From assembly GCA_964518945.1 (NCBI GenBank), contig CAZFLB010000181.1:1-32081 (forward strand): 32,081 nucleotides of DNA, read 5' to 3'. The position numbers and the translations under genes were made by a program. Source of the stretch: an uncultured Acidobacteriota bacterium (lineage in GTDB: Bacteria > Acidobacteriota > Vicinamibacteria > Marinacidobacterales > SMYC01). Below are positions 8,682 through 18,257 of the stretch, one piece after another; position 1 is the first letter of the stretch, and the number at the start of each line of letters is the position of its first letter. Under the pieces are notes generated by a model. The model did not search any database. It had not been told where the DNA came from and was given only the letters and a program-made list of their open reading frames with translations.

Positions 8682-9879
8682 CTACCCCTGCTTTCATTAC
8701 GAAACGTACCTGACGCAGTGAAGTAATGTCATTTAGAGGGTTTCCTTCGACGGCTATTAAGTCTGCCTCCATACCCTTAGAAAGTGTTCCGGTGATATGT
8801 TCTAGCCCAAGCGATCGTGCGGCAAGCGATGTTGCGGAGATAAGTGCATCGCTTGGGTCTTGACCACCTTTAGTGACGCGGTAAATCAATTCCTCCACAT
8901 TTTTCCCGTGAGCGCCAGCGACAGCATCGGTTCCAAATATGATGTTTAGTCCTTTTACCTTAAGGCCTTGTTTAAATGACTCGAGTGCTTTTGGTACAGC
9001 TAGTTCCATTTGCTTGAAGCCGTTGTCACTGTAATTCCCAATTCCGATGTAGCGGTGTTTGTTTTTAAAATAGTTATCAAAAATCAGATGAATGTGTGGA
9101 TCTAAAAAAACTTTGTGTTTTGACATGAGATTTAAGGTCTCGCGATTGAGAAGTGCGCCGTGCTCGATTGTCGTACATCCGGCAAGTACGCTGCGACGTG
9201 CACTCTCTGACCCGTGTGCGTGCACGACAGACCTGAGACCCATAGCGGTTGCCTCGCCACAGGCAGCGTTAAGTTGCTCTTGGCTCATAGTGGGTTTACC
9301 TCCATCGCGAATACTTGCTGAGCCAAAGATTTTGATGACATCGGCACCGTTGTGTTTCTGCTGACGCACGAAATTTCGGATAGTCTCAGGATCGCCAGTT
9401 TGAGCACTTGCGCTTTGAAGCGATGTGAGAATCCGCGGACCGGGGAGGATACCAGCATTTACAGCGTCTCTTAATGGTTTGTCAGTCGGAGAACCTAAGC
9501 TTTGGATTGTAGTTATGCCTGCGAGCAACATGTCATAAGCGTTTCCTGCTGCGTAAAGTATTTTTTCCTCAGGAGGTTCGTTGTCATCGCGATGAAGGCG
9601 ATCATCTTGATCGAAATGCCAATCCAAATGAACGTGGGTGTCGATGAGTCCAGGGAGGACCGTTAGACCTGACAAATTGTAATCTGAACGATCCGTTGCG
9701 CTTCGTTCGACGATTGTCTCAATGCGATTACCTTTAATGGTAATTGTTTGGTTTTCCAGCAGCGTTCCGAGTCCGTCAAAAACAAGGGATCCAGTAATAG
9801 TTACGGCACTTTGACCATTAGCAAGGCCGTTTGCAAGTAATAAAATAAGAACAGTTGAAGCGACGGGGTTTCTTGCCAT
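8662..9879 (-). CDS. Secreted metal-dependent amidohydrolase (prolidase/Xaa-Pro dipeptidase-like subgroup)
   Basis: PGLIDTHVH, VIKI, HAHG, IEHG, FGTDA, G..ADLIAV.GNPL motifs. Start moved to ATG 9879 (GAGGT RBS, signal peptide). The 3' end overlaps the yqgE-like gene by 20 bp. Confidence 0.88.
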   Translation of the reverse strand: MARNPVASTVLILLLANGLANGQSAVTITGSLVFDGLGTLLENQTITIKGNRIETIVERSATDRSDYNLSGLTVLPGLIDTHVHLDWHFDQDDRLHRDDNEPPEEKILYAAGNAYDMLLAGITTIQSLGSPTDKPLRDAVNAGILPGPRILTSLQSASAQTGDPETIRNFVRQQKHNGADVIKIFGSASIRDGGKPTMSQEQLNAACGEATAMGLRSVVHAHGSESARRSVLAGCTTIEHGALLNRETLNLMSKHKVFLDPHIHLIFDNYFKNKHRYIGIGNYSDNGFKQMELAVPKALESFKQGLKVKGLNIIFGTDAVAGAHGKNVEELIYRVTKGGQDPSDALISATSLAARSLGLEHITGTLSKGMEADLIAVEGNPLNDITSLRQVRFVMKAGVVIRYLP

Positions 9880-9883
9880 TACC

Positions 9884-11479
9884 TCATACCGGTGCGCGAC
9901 TGGGGTATTCTTTTGCAATCTCATCAGCCGAGCGAAGAGAAAGTGCGGCGAAGGTTAGTGTGCCATTGTTGCAGCCTGAGGAGACGATCGTTGGTGCACC
10001 TACTACCCACAAGTTTTCGTGGTCGTGGGTTCTCCCGAGTGGGTCGACAACACTTTCTTCCGAATTCTCACCCATCCGGCAACCACCGCCCGGGTGGTCT
10101 TGGAGATCATCAACACGTGACCTTAAAATCTTTCCATTCCCAGCAGCAACGATTCTATTGATGATTCCACGGATTTGCTCTTCTGTATATTGGCGAAGCT
10201 CCTTAGACCAATCGCTGTCTAAAAAGTCAATTTTCGGCAGGAGATCTCCCCAAGGATTCTTTCGTTTTTCATCTAGTGTTAGAGAGCTTTCTTTGGCAGG
10301 AATTACGTCGTAGTAAGCTCGCAAGCGGGCTACACCTGTACTTGTTCTTTTTTGCCAGTCATTTAAAAGGGCCTCACCCATCAGGCGTTGATTATCGTCG
10401 TCCATTAGTCTTGGTCGCCGATTAAAATCTGATTCCCATATTCTGAGATCATGCCGGATGTACCGTTCACTTTGTTTTTTTTGAAACTTCTTAGAGAGAA
10501 GGCTGTCTGCTCTATAAGTGCCAGGATATAGTTTTTCCGGAACTTCAATAAATGCGTTTATTGAACGGTGACCAGTAACGTATTTACCTACCATTCCGGT
10601 ACGGTTGGCCAGTCCATTAGGAAATCGTCCGTTAGCTGACAATAGCAGAAGATGAGGACTCCAGCAGTAACCTGAAGCAATAACAAAAGTTTTGGCACGA
10701 TAGAGGAGGTTCTCATTTGGGTTATCTCTATCTAGAGCTACAACGTGGTCGATTCGGTTACTTCCCTCTTGGAGAAGCAATTTTCGAACCAGGGTGCGGC
10801 TGTGAAGCTTGATTCTTCCATTTTGTAAAAGAGTTTGAAAGGTGAAGTCCGGCGTATACTTAGCTCCAGTCGGACAAATATTGCAGGTGTCGCATCGAGT
10901 ACACACATTGCGCCCTTGGTAAGGAATAGAATTTTTAGCCACGGGGTTGCGCCAAAAGGGAATTTCTGATTTTTCAGCCCATTTCTTTAGTTGTTCAAGG
11001 TTATATGACAAAGGAAGTGGAGGAAGAGGATATTGTTTTGATCTGGGATCTAGATCTGAGGGGCCTTGCTCACCAGCGACACCGAGGCGTTCTTCGGCTT
11101 CTTGGTAAAACGGTTCTAAATCGTCATAGGTTAGGGGCCAGTCATAGCCAATACCATAAAGCGATTTTACTCGAAAGTCCTCGGGGGAATATCTAGGTGA
11201 TGTTCCGCCCCAGTGAAGAGCTAGTCCACCGACCGACATCGAACGGGACTGAATACCTCTAGCCGTTTGCCCTTCGATATGATCTCCAGGCCATGGATTT
11301 TCGCGATACTTTAAGAAACGTTCTCTTAGTTCAAAACGCTCATCTAAATTAAAAATTTTATTACCCGCTTCGATTACTATGACCTGAGCGTTGGTTTTGT
11401 CGGTTATTTTTTCCGCAACCATAGCTGCGCTGATACCCGCTCCGATGATGACAATGTCTGTTTCAATAGTTTTTGTCAT
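9884..11479 (-). CDS. GMC-family FAD oxidoreductase, large subunit with Cys cluster
   Basis: IIGAGISA dinucleotide-binding motif, VGGLALHWGG, WPLTYDDLEPFYQEAE, CTRCDTCNICP, HPGGGCRMG, GRTHDHENL, TLT..ALSLR. Start ATG 11479 with GAGG RBS. Confidence 0.92.
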   Translation of the reverse strand: MTKTIETDIVIIGAGISAAMVAEKITDKTNAQVIVIEAGNKIFNLDERFELRERFLKYRENPWPGDHIEGQTARGIQSRSMSVGGLALHWGGTSPRYSPEDFRVKSLYGIGYDWPLTYDDLEPFYQEAEERLGVAGEQGPSDLDPRSKQYPLPPLPLSYNLEQLKKWAEKSEIPFWRNPVAKNSIPYQGRNVCTRCDTCNICPTGAKYTPDFTFQTLLQNGRIKLHSRTLVRKLLLQEGSNRIDHVVALDRDNPNENLLYRAKTFVIASGYCWSPHLLLLSANGRFPNGLANRTGMVGKYVTGHRSINAFIEVPEKLYPGTYRADSLLSKKFQKKQSERYIRHDLRIWESDFNRRPRLMDDDNQRLMGEALLNDWQKRTSTGVARLRAYYDVIPAKESSLTLDEKRKNPWGDLLPKIDFLDSDWSKELRQYTEEQIRGIINRIVAAGNGKILRSRVDDLQDHPGGGCRMGENSEESVVDPLGRTHDHENLWVVGAPTIVSSGCNNGTLTFAALSLRSADEIAKEYPSRAPV

Positions 11480-11483
11480 CGTT

Positions 11484-12095
11484 TCAACCTCTTCCCTTTG
11501 TAAGAGGTGTTGGTTTGTTTGGTGCACTGTCTAAACCACGACAGGTGTGTCGTTCGATTGCTGCATCATATGCGAGGTCATTTGCTTCAGAGGTACTGTA
11601 AAAAAAAGAGAGCAAGCCGATCGCTATATGTGGTGCGTCACCAGTGTATGGAAGGTCCAATGTGGCAGTGTTGGGGAGTTGGTGGTCCAAAATGACACGT
11701 TGTTTTTCAGCGCCGATATCTGAAAAACGTTTGCTGTAGCTTTTGGAAGCTTCGATTTCGAGTGCTTGAAGTTGTGCTGACCATTGCGGAGCCGGGTCTG
11801 GTCCCCCATATGTAATTTCATCTGTTGACAGGTAAGAATGGTTTAACTCTGCTACTGGTTCAAATTGGCTAAGCCATCTGAGAAAATCGTTTAGGGTTCT
11901 AGTAATGCCTTCTTCGCCCAATGTGTTTTTTGGAAGTACAAGGTGACTGAGCGCCGTGAGTGTGTCCCGATCGAGTTCGGCAGAGGGCTGTCGTTCAGAA
12001 TCATTTAAATTATTGGTTTCGCAGTTTTGAAGAGCAAGACCAGAGACGAGACCTGCAGAAGTTGCCAAAAAACGTCGGCGTGGTTGATTTGTCAT
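11484..12095 (-). CDS. Tat-exported small/escort subunit of the GMC dehydrogenase (gluconate-2-dehydrogenase subunit 3-like), probable lipoprotein
   Basis: PRRRFLA twin-arginine motif, LQNC lipobox-like, L..L...VLP, F..I..EKQ..IL, FFYSTSEA. Lies 4 nt upstream of the GMC gene. Confidence 0.75.
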   Translation of the reverse strand: MTNQPRRRFLATSAGLVSGLALQNCETNNLNDSERQPSAELDRDTLTALSHLVLPKNTLGEEGITRTLNDFLRWLSQFEPVAELNHSYLSTDEITYGGPDPAPQWSAQLQALEIEASKSYSKRFSDIGAEKQRVILDHQLPNTATLDLPYTGDAPHIAIGLLSFFYSTSEANDLAYDAAIERHTCRGLDSAPNKPTPLTKGRG

Positions 12096-12137
12096 TAAGT
12101 GTTACCCCTTGTGTTTATGAACCCTAAATAGGATCTT

Positions 12138-12860
12138 CTATTTGTCTATTCTGAGTCGACTCTCAAAACCAAGAATACCGGGTGTCGATCGAAGAATATG
12201 CTCAGCTTTAGTTTTTGCCAGCTGATTGTGGACGATTCCTGTTAATAAAACCCTGCTATTTTGTACGATGATGTTAATAGGGGGTAACGCCATGGTAGCG
12301 AAGTTTGAAAACAAGGAATCTCGATACAAACGGGTTGCGAGCGTCCGTCGTAGATTATTGTCATTCATGGAGTTTGGTAGTACGACTATTTCATTTCTAA
12401 ATTCTATGATGCCTAATACTTCGTGCATTCTTTCTTCAAGTCGTTCTTTTTTATGCGGCTGAGTTACAAACCCGAAAAGAACAACTCTTCCATTTTTCAC
12501 TATAGCACCAGCATCATCAAAAATCGTGAACTGACCATACCGACGAACTTCACGTATAACTGCTTCACCAAGCTTGTTATCATTTTCTGCTGATGCTATT
12601 TCAATATCGATGTCGACGGTCATTATTTCTTGATGTTCAAGTGCAATAGCAATGGCTTGATCTTGTTCGAAAATGTTGCGAACACTTCCGCTGAGTTTAG
12701 CTTCCTGATCTTGAATATCAATGCGTAGTGTTATTTTTTCTTTTTTAAATTCTTTTGCGATGGAGCTCTTCAAGTCTGAGATACTTCTTTGTGGGAAAAC
12801 TGAAAAGGGAACTAAAAACAATAAAAACAGGATGACGAGTGGTTTGTTGATAATGTACAT
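12138..12860 (-). CDS. Periplasmic BON-domain protein (about three BON repeats)
   Basis: AGGAGG RBS before ATG 12860, signal peptide, repeats AKLSGSV / GRVVLFGFV..NEIVV / INIIVQNSRVLLTGIV. Confidence 0.85.
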   Translation of the reverse strand: MYIINKPLVILFLLFLVPFSVFPQRSISDLKSSIAKEFKKEKITLRIDIQDQEAKLSGSVRNIFEQDQAIAIALEHQEIMTVDIDIEIASAENDNKLGEAVIREVRRYGQFTIFDDAGAIVKNGRVVLFGFVTQPHKKERLEERMHEVLGIIEFRNEIVVLPNSMNDNNLRRTLATRLYRDSLFSNFATMALPPINIIVQNSRVLLTGIVHNQLAKTKAEHILRSTPGILGFESRLRIDK

Positions 12861-13063
12861 GTCAATCCTCCTGTTCCGATTGTAGCTCATTTGTCCTAAC
12901 CACTTTTTCCAAACGTAAGGCACTAAAACTTTGGGGAGCAAGGTGATTCGTACATTCTATCCTTGTGAGTGCTCTAATCGTACCGTGTGTTAAAATCTCA
13001 AGGTTCAGAAGTCCCCTATCGGCAACGTTATTAGTACTTTCCATAATGAGGATAAACTTCAAT

Positions 13064-14116
13064 ATGAATCGCGGAACGGCCCATTTTCTATTATTAGCTA
13101 CTTTCATTTTCCTAAATGGTTGTGGTGGTGGCAGTGATGGCACCCCCAGCTCCCCTAGCGCTTCCATTGCTACAGCTCCAACACAAGCTGTTGACTCTTC
13201 GTTAACAGCCCCAACACCAGAAATGCCAGAGATTGGCCAAGTGGTTGAAGAAATTCAGCCTCTGCTTACAATAGGCAACTCCACAGGTGGTTCTGGAGCA
13301 AGAACCTATACTTTTGAGGTGGCTACAGATAATAATTTTCAGCAAGTTGTTGCTACCGAAAGCGGCTTGCAAGAAGGTTTGGGCGGTATCACAAATTGGA
13401 AGGTTGTTGAGCAACTGCAGCCCGATACTCAGTATCACTGGAGGGCGCGCGCAAGTTCAGATGGGGGTCCAGGGCCTTTTTCTACGAAGGCAGACTTTAG
13501 GATTCGCGCCGCTTTTACGCGCAATCGGGCTTCTGGAGGATTAGTTGTTTTTGACCCTCTTACTAATGGTGGATCTGTCGGAACAGCTATGGGAGGAGAA
13601 TTTGTAGCTGATGGCTGGCAGTCACAAAGCAATTCAGATTGTATTCGTTATCAAATACCGGTGCTGCCAGAGGGTAGAATAGAGTTTGAGACACGTAATG
13701 TTAGTTCTCCAAACCCAGTGCCTGGGAAACGTATGCTCATTTCTATGTGGAATCCTGAGAAGGGCGACTATACAACCAACCCATTTCGGATGCATCTTCA
13801 GAAACTGGACAAAACTACAGCTAAGTTCAATGATGTACGTCTCCGTTGGATTTCCCGGACACAAGAAACGAATACGGGAATCAGTTTTTATGATTTTGAG
13901 CCAGAGATAAATTATTCCTGGAGGATAGAGTGGGGCACATTCCCAGGAATTTCGTCCCAGCATGTCAAAGTGTTTCTTGATGGGTATGAAATACTCAATC
14001 GCCACTACGATCGACCATATAGTCTTAATCCACACTGGGTAGAGCTTGGTAACTGTGAGCGCGAGGAAACATTGGAACAAGCTATCTGGTCCAATCTACG
14101 AATTGGCACACGATAG
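13064..14116 (+). CDS. Lipoprotein with Ig/FN3-like domain and C-terminal beta-sandwich domain, function unknown
   Basis: ATG 13064 with GAGG upstream, lipobox LNGC, Gly/Ser/Pro linker, YTFEVATD..F and L.PDTQYHWRARA FN3-like motifs, Trp-rich beta C-terminal domain. Confidence 0.7.
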   Translation: MNRGTAHFLLLATFIFLNGCGGGSDGTPSSPSASIATAPTQAVDSSLTAPTPEMPEIGQVVEEIQPLLTIGNSTGGSGARTYTFEVATDNNFQQVVATESGLQEGLGGITNWKVVEQLQPDTQYHWRARASSDGGPGPFSTKADFRIRAAFTRNRASGGLVVFDPLTNGGSVGTAMGGEFVADGWQSQSNSDCIRYQIPVLPEGRIEFETRNVSSPNPVPGKRMLISMWNPEKGDYTTNPFRMHLQKLDKTTAKFNDVRLRWISRTQETNTGISFYDFEPEINYSWRIEWGTFPGISSQHVKVFLDGYEILNRHYDRPYSLNPHWVELGNCEREETLEQAIWSNLRIGTR

Positions 14117-14183
14117 ACACTTGAAGTAACTAAATGTAGCCAATCAAGGTAGCTGTATTAGCCACACTAGAGAATTAATAAGG

Positions 14184-15563
14184 CTATTCAGTTGCGGTTG
14201 CTTCTTTTGTCTTTATCAAATCGGTACGGCGAAGACGTATTTTATCGAAGCTACTGGCAGAAATAACGTAGTACCATGGCTGAAAGCGCGATGTAAGTTG
14301 AGCTGTCTTTTCCTCACCTTCTTTGATGTTTTCTTGCCATCTTTTGTGTTCGTCCGCGACTCGCTTATTTTCTTTGTCCATGTCTGTTAAGTCTGTGTCT
14401 TGTTTGTCTTCAAAATCGTAATTTGCTGGTTTTGGCGGTTCGCTAAAGGTTGTTGGATCGAAAGAAGCAGTTATGAATAAATAACGGTTTTCACCTGGCC
14501 CCATCTCTGAGTCATTTGCAGAATCTGTGCCGGCGCTGATAGCTTCGCCCGTGCCATAAAGAATTTCACCAAACCGCAAAGTGTATGAGATTCCGTCGTT
14601 GGAGCGAATTTGTAGCTCTCCTTCATTTGAGAGAAGATCCCCAGATCGTGTTAAGTAGTATCCACGGCTTTGAAGAGATAGCACATCGGATTGAGAAACT
14701 GTCATGCCAGAGAGTCGAGCATCAATCCCTTCGGGTTTTGGCCGAACACCGACAATGGCGAGTTCTGAAATTTCCTTTAGAAAGTCATCTAATTTTGTTG
14801 TATCAAGCTCTTGGGCTGCTCTTAAGCGGTCGGCTTTCCATTCTTCGCTCTCTTTGGTAAGAGTGAAGGTGTCGTTTTGGTTGACTCTGTAGGTTCGTTC
14901 GTCAATCGAGTAGTCCATGAGTACTATCTTGTTGATACTCGATTGTTCTGCAGCTAGAAGATCTTGTTCTATCCAATCTTCAAACTTGGTTGAGATCTCT
15001 ACATCGATCTTTGCTGCGTACACTCTTTTTTGCGTTGGGACTCGAACAAAATGGTAGTTTTCGCGACCCTCAACTTCACTACCAACGATAAGGTCAGCAA
15101 GGACAACATCGTTGCTTCCTTTTAAAGTAATTCGTTTACCTCTTCCCGTGAGACCTGTTTCTGTTTCATCTAGTGGATCCACAACGCCCAGCACTTCATG
15201 ATCTGAGACGTTGTCAGAACGGAAGTCATCCTTGGTTATGGTGATGACTCCTGCTGCTGTTTGTGAGAGGCGTTCTTCTCCGTCTGCTACGTAGTTGTGG
15301 TGGGACGGAATTGTCCATCGACCTTCATCGTTTTGGACTTTGAAGGGTCTTGCTGAACCTGTATCTTCATCAAACTCAATAACTTCGAGCGTCATTGCTT
15401 CATTTGGGTCTTGAAAAGTTGGAAAAAACAACTCTCCTTGGTCAAGGAATGCACTGGGAGTGATGTTGCGGGGTGCAGTTACGAGGGCGACTACTGCTAG
15501 AAGTCCGGCTGCACCGGCAAGTGTTTTAGTGAGTTTAAGTTCGTTTTTTTGATCTGTTACCAT
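14184..15563 (-). CDS. DUF4340 domain membrane-anchored protein (Gld-like ABC partner)
   Basis: Single N-terminal TM, WTIPSHHNYVAD, LIVG..YHFVR, W..Y.IS..FDK. Abuts the GldF/G gene; AGGAGG RBS. Confidence 0.8.
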   Translation of the reverse strand: MVTDQKNELKLTKTLAGAAGLLAVVALVTAPRNITPSAFLDQGELFFPTFQDPNEAMTLEVIEFDEDTGSARPFKVQNDEGRWTIPSHHNYVADGEERLSQTAAGVITITKDDFRSDNVSDHEVLGVVDPLDETETGLTGRGKRITLKGSNDVVLADLIVGSEVEGRENYHFVRVPTQKRVYAAKIDVEISTKFEDWIEQDLLAAEQSSINKIVLMDYSIDERTYRVNQNDTFTLTKESEEWKADRLRAAQELDTTKLDDFLKEISELAIVGVRPKPEGIDARLSGMTVSQSDVLSLQSRGYYLTRSGDLLSNEGELQIRSNDGISYTLRFGEILYGTGEAISAGTDSANDSEMGPGENRYLFITASFDPTTFSEPPKPANYDFEDKQDTDLTDMDKENKRVADEHKRWQENIKEGEEKTAQLTSRFQPWYYVISASSFDKIRLRRTDLIKTKEATATE

Positions 15564-18257
15564 CTAAGCATCCTCCTTCAAACGATGGGCGATGATTGCC
15601 CCTTCCCGTTCACGGTTTTGTCGGCGGATGAAAATATAGACACCCAAGATAAACACGGGAATTGGCGGCAAGATCACAGCAAGCATTCGGATGCCGCTCT
15701 GTATAGTACGAATCTGTGATTCCATTCTAGTTTTACTGGCACGGATTTGAGCTTCTTTCTCAGCTTCGATATTGGTTTTTTGTACTTCAAAGCGACGATT
15801 CTCAATTTCCTGGAGATTACGGGCCATGATTTCTTTAGTTTGCGCGTCGAGGTCTTCACGATTTCTGACGGCTGCGACTTTTGTGTCAAGTCGCTGCTGT
15901 GCTTCCGCGAGTTCTTGATCAGCGAGACGTCCTGCATCAGACTCCTCGTTTGTACGTTGTTCTATAAAATTGCGTGTCTGTGCTTCGACGCGGGCTAGTG
16001 TTCGATGACGCATGCGGCGGTTACGTAGCGCGATAAAAGAGTCATCACCGACTAGGGTATCCATTGAATTTAGAAAGAACGTGACATTGTCAAAATTTAA
16101 GTTACCTGGGCCAACCCTTCGAATCTCGAAGAACTGTTCAGAGATGAAGTCGAGGTCAGTTACGACGATTACATGGAGAGGATTTACAGTGCTGTCAGTT
16201 TCGCCCTCTTTCTCAACGTTTTCTGTCAGTTGAGTAGTCGCAATTTCTGCTGCATAGGTGTAAATCCGGCCATCAGGCTGATGCGGCAAGTTGCGATTCA
16301 ATGACGCTCCTAAAAAGTTTCTCTGTACCATCTGAAAGTAAGGAAAACTCCCTGAGAAAGCGCCTGACTGAAGTAAGGGTTTGTAAGTCAACCCTTCAGC
16401 TGATGCGGATTCAATTTGTCCGGGGTAAAGCATTACCATTTGTTGGAGCGCTGAACTTGCAGGGTGTCCAACGTTAAACACGTCCGGGTTCTGGTTGCCA
16501 TCGCCAAGAAAAACCACTTCAGGGGGTAGGTGGGCTAGATCCGGATGAGGGTTGTAAGCATCCCATGTGATGCTAGCAGGATCCCATCTGAAACCTAATT
16601 CTGCGAGAAATGCTCTTATGTCACCTTTGGGTTGAGGTGGAGCTTGTTGTTGTTGCATGAAAGGATTTTGGCTAGCACCAGGTTGTTCCGATGGAGCCAG
16701 CCCTAGATTTACAATCGGAAGAGGGTCTACGAGTAAAAGAGCTGGAGTGCCTTTTTTGATGAAATTTCGCACGTTGTCCATTTCTGGTTGAGTTAGTGAG
16801 GATGGCAATGTCACAAGCAGACCGTCTACCTCCTCGGAAATTTCACTCGATGGGGTGATTTGAACGACTTCATACTGTTTCCTTAGTTCTTCAACCACTG
16901 ACCACGAAGGTGTTGACTGCATGGTGTTAAAGTCAAGTCCGCCAAACAGACGTAGTTGAGTGTTTATTACACCGACCTTTTTACGATTAGTGTTGGCAAC
17001 GACGCGTATACTTCTGGCGATTTCATATTCCGCTGGAAGTCCACGGTCAAAAAAAGGGATGACCTGTTCTTCGCCACCACTAGTGAAAGCGAATCCTAGA
17101 AAGACTTCCGAAAAGCCGGCCCGCGCACTGGAGAGGTTCGGTATCTCTCTTGGTTGGATGCCAAATTTTTCTAACGCTTCGCGAGCTTCTTCACTAAATG
17201 GCTCAGTATCATAAATTGCGACTTGGACTCGACCACCACTTGCAGAACTCATTTCTTTCAAGAGTCCAACAGCATTTGCTCGTGTTTGTACGTACTGCAC
17301 GGGTACGGTAGGGCTTACATATGCTTGCACAAAGACCGGTCGATCAGAGTCTATTTGTTTCAGAAGGCTTTTAGTCTCGCGACTAAGAGAGTGTATCCTT
17401 TCTGCAGTACCATCCACACGAATTCCAAGTCTTCCAATTATGGAGATTACTGACACAGCTATGACAATTGCTGCGCTGACACGGATGATATTGTGCGTCG
17501 ACAGGCGCATACCATTCATTGAACGCGGCCAATGTCGTCGGCTTAACAAAAGAACATTTATGTAGATAAACAAACATGTCACTGCCGAAAAATAGAGAAG
17601 ACCTGTAAGAGTGATTACGCCACGGCCAAAATCTTCGAAGTGGACAAATACTCCGAGAGGACCGACCAGGTTCGATAGAAAGTTACTTAATGTGCCTGTT
17701 ATTGCTTCAACAGAAGAAGCAATACTGCAGAAGATTGCACCTAGGATGAAAGCGATCGTTACATTACTTGAAAGTTGTGATGCCAACATACCGATGGCAA
17801 TGAGAGCTGCACCTATGAGCCAAAAACCAAGATAGTTGACGAACATCAGACCTAAGTCGGGACTGCCTAGCCATAAAAGCACTAAGACGTGACTAGCTGA
17901 AAGAAGGAGTGAAACAGTGTAAATGGAGAGCACTGCTGAATACTTACCTAAGACTATTTCCAGGTCTGTTGCTGGAAGCGTTAAAAGAAGCTCGTCGGTC
18001 CCTTGTTTTTTTTCTTCTGCCCAAACTGACATTGTTAAAGCTGGGACAAAGAAAGTTAGAAGGAATGGAAAGACGATGTTCAATTGATCTAAGTTCGCGA
18101 GGTTGTTAAGAAAAAAACGGTCCTGCCAAAATGCAGCGGCGGCACTTAAAAAAATGAACAAAGTTATGAAAACGTAGCCAGTTGGATTGTTGAAATACAT
18201 TTGCAGATCGCGCTTTGCTATGGCACGAACAACATTCCAGTTAATATTTTTAATCAT
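15564..18257 (-). CDS. Fused GldF-type ABC-2 permease and GldG-type (GIFT) periplasmic domain
   Basis: AIAKRDL..YF..PTGY, PALTMSVWAEEKKQGTDELLLTLP, IVLGKY; then RVDGT.ERIHSLS..T..LL, EYEIARSI, LLLVDP, N..FFLNSMDTL.GD; C-terminal TM. Confidence 0.88.
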   Translation of the reverse strand: MIKNINWNVVRAIAKRDLQMYFNNPTGYVFITLFIFLSAAAAFWQDRFFLNNLANLDQLNIVFPFLLTFFVPALTMSVWAEEKKQGTDELLLTLPATDLEIVLGKYSAVLSIYTVSLLLSASHVLVLLWLGSPDLGLMFVNYLGFWLIGAALIAIGMLASQLSSNVTIAFILGAIFCSIASSVEAITGTLSNFLSNLVGPLGVFVHFEDFGRGVITLTGLLYFSAVTCLFIYINVLLLSRRHWPRSMNGMRLSTHNIIRVSAAIVIAVSVISIIGRLGIRVDGTAERIHSLSRETKSLLKQIDSDRPVFVQAYVSPTVPVQYVQTRANAVGLLKEMSSASGGRVQVAIYDTEPFSEEAREALEKFGIQPREIPNLSSARAGFSEVFLGFAFTSGGEEQVIPFFDRGLPAEYEIARSIRVVANTNRKKVGVINTQLRLFGGLDFNTMQSTPSWSVVEELRKQYEVVQITPSSEISEEVDGLLVTLPSSLTQPEMDNVRNFIKKGTPALLLVDPLPIVNLGLAPSEQPGASQNPFMQQQQAPPQPKGDIRAFLAELGFRWDPASITWDAYNPHPDLAHLPPEVVFLGDGNQNPDVFNVGHPASSALQQMVMLYPGQIESASAEGLTYKPLLQSGAFSGSFPYFQMVQRNFLGASLNRNLPHQPDGRIYTYAAEIATTQLTENVEKEGETDSTVNPLHVIVVTDLDFISEQFFEIRRVGPGNLNFDNVTFFLNSMDTLVGDDSFIALRNRRMRHRTLARVEAQTRNFIEQRTNEESDAGRLADQELAEAQQRLDTKVAAVRNREDLDAQTKEIMARNLQEIENRRFEVQKTNIEAEKEAQIRASKTRMESQIRTIQSGIRMLAVILPPIPVFILGVYIFIRRQNREREGAIIAHRLKEDA

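Noticed and set aside
12862-13167. 101-aa minus-strand ORF between the BON and lipoprotein genes, and the long N-terminal extensions in the ORF track
   Set aside because: It overlaps the lipoprotein signal region; RBS and signal peptides support starts at 12860 and 13064, leaving a divergent promoter gap.
14117-14183. Intrinsic terminator between convergent genes (also at 19944-19959 and 29002-29036)
   Set aside because: Only short weak stems without a GC-rich hairpin plus U-tract.
16630-16660. TGT/CAA microsatellite
   Set aside because: Encodes a short QQQQAPPQP linker in the GldG domain; not an independent repeat element.
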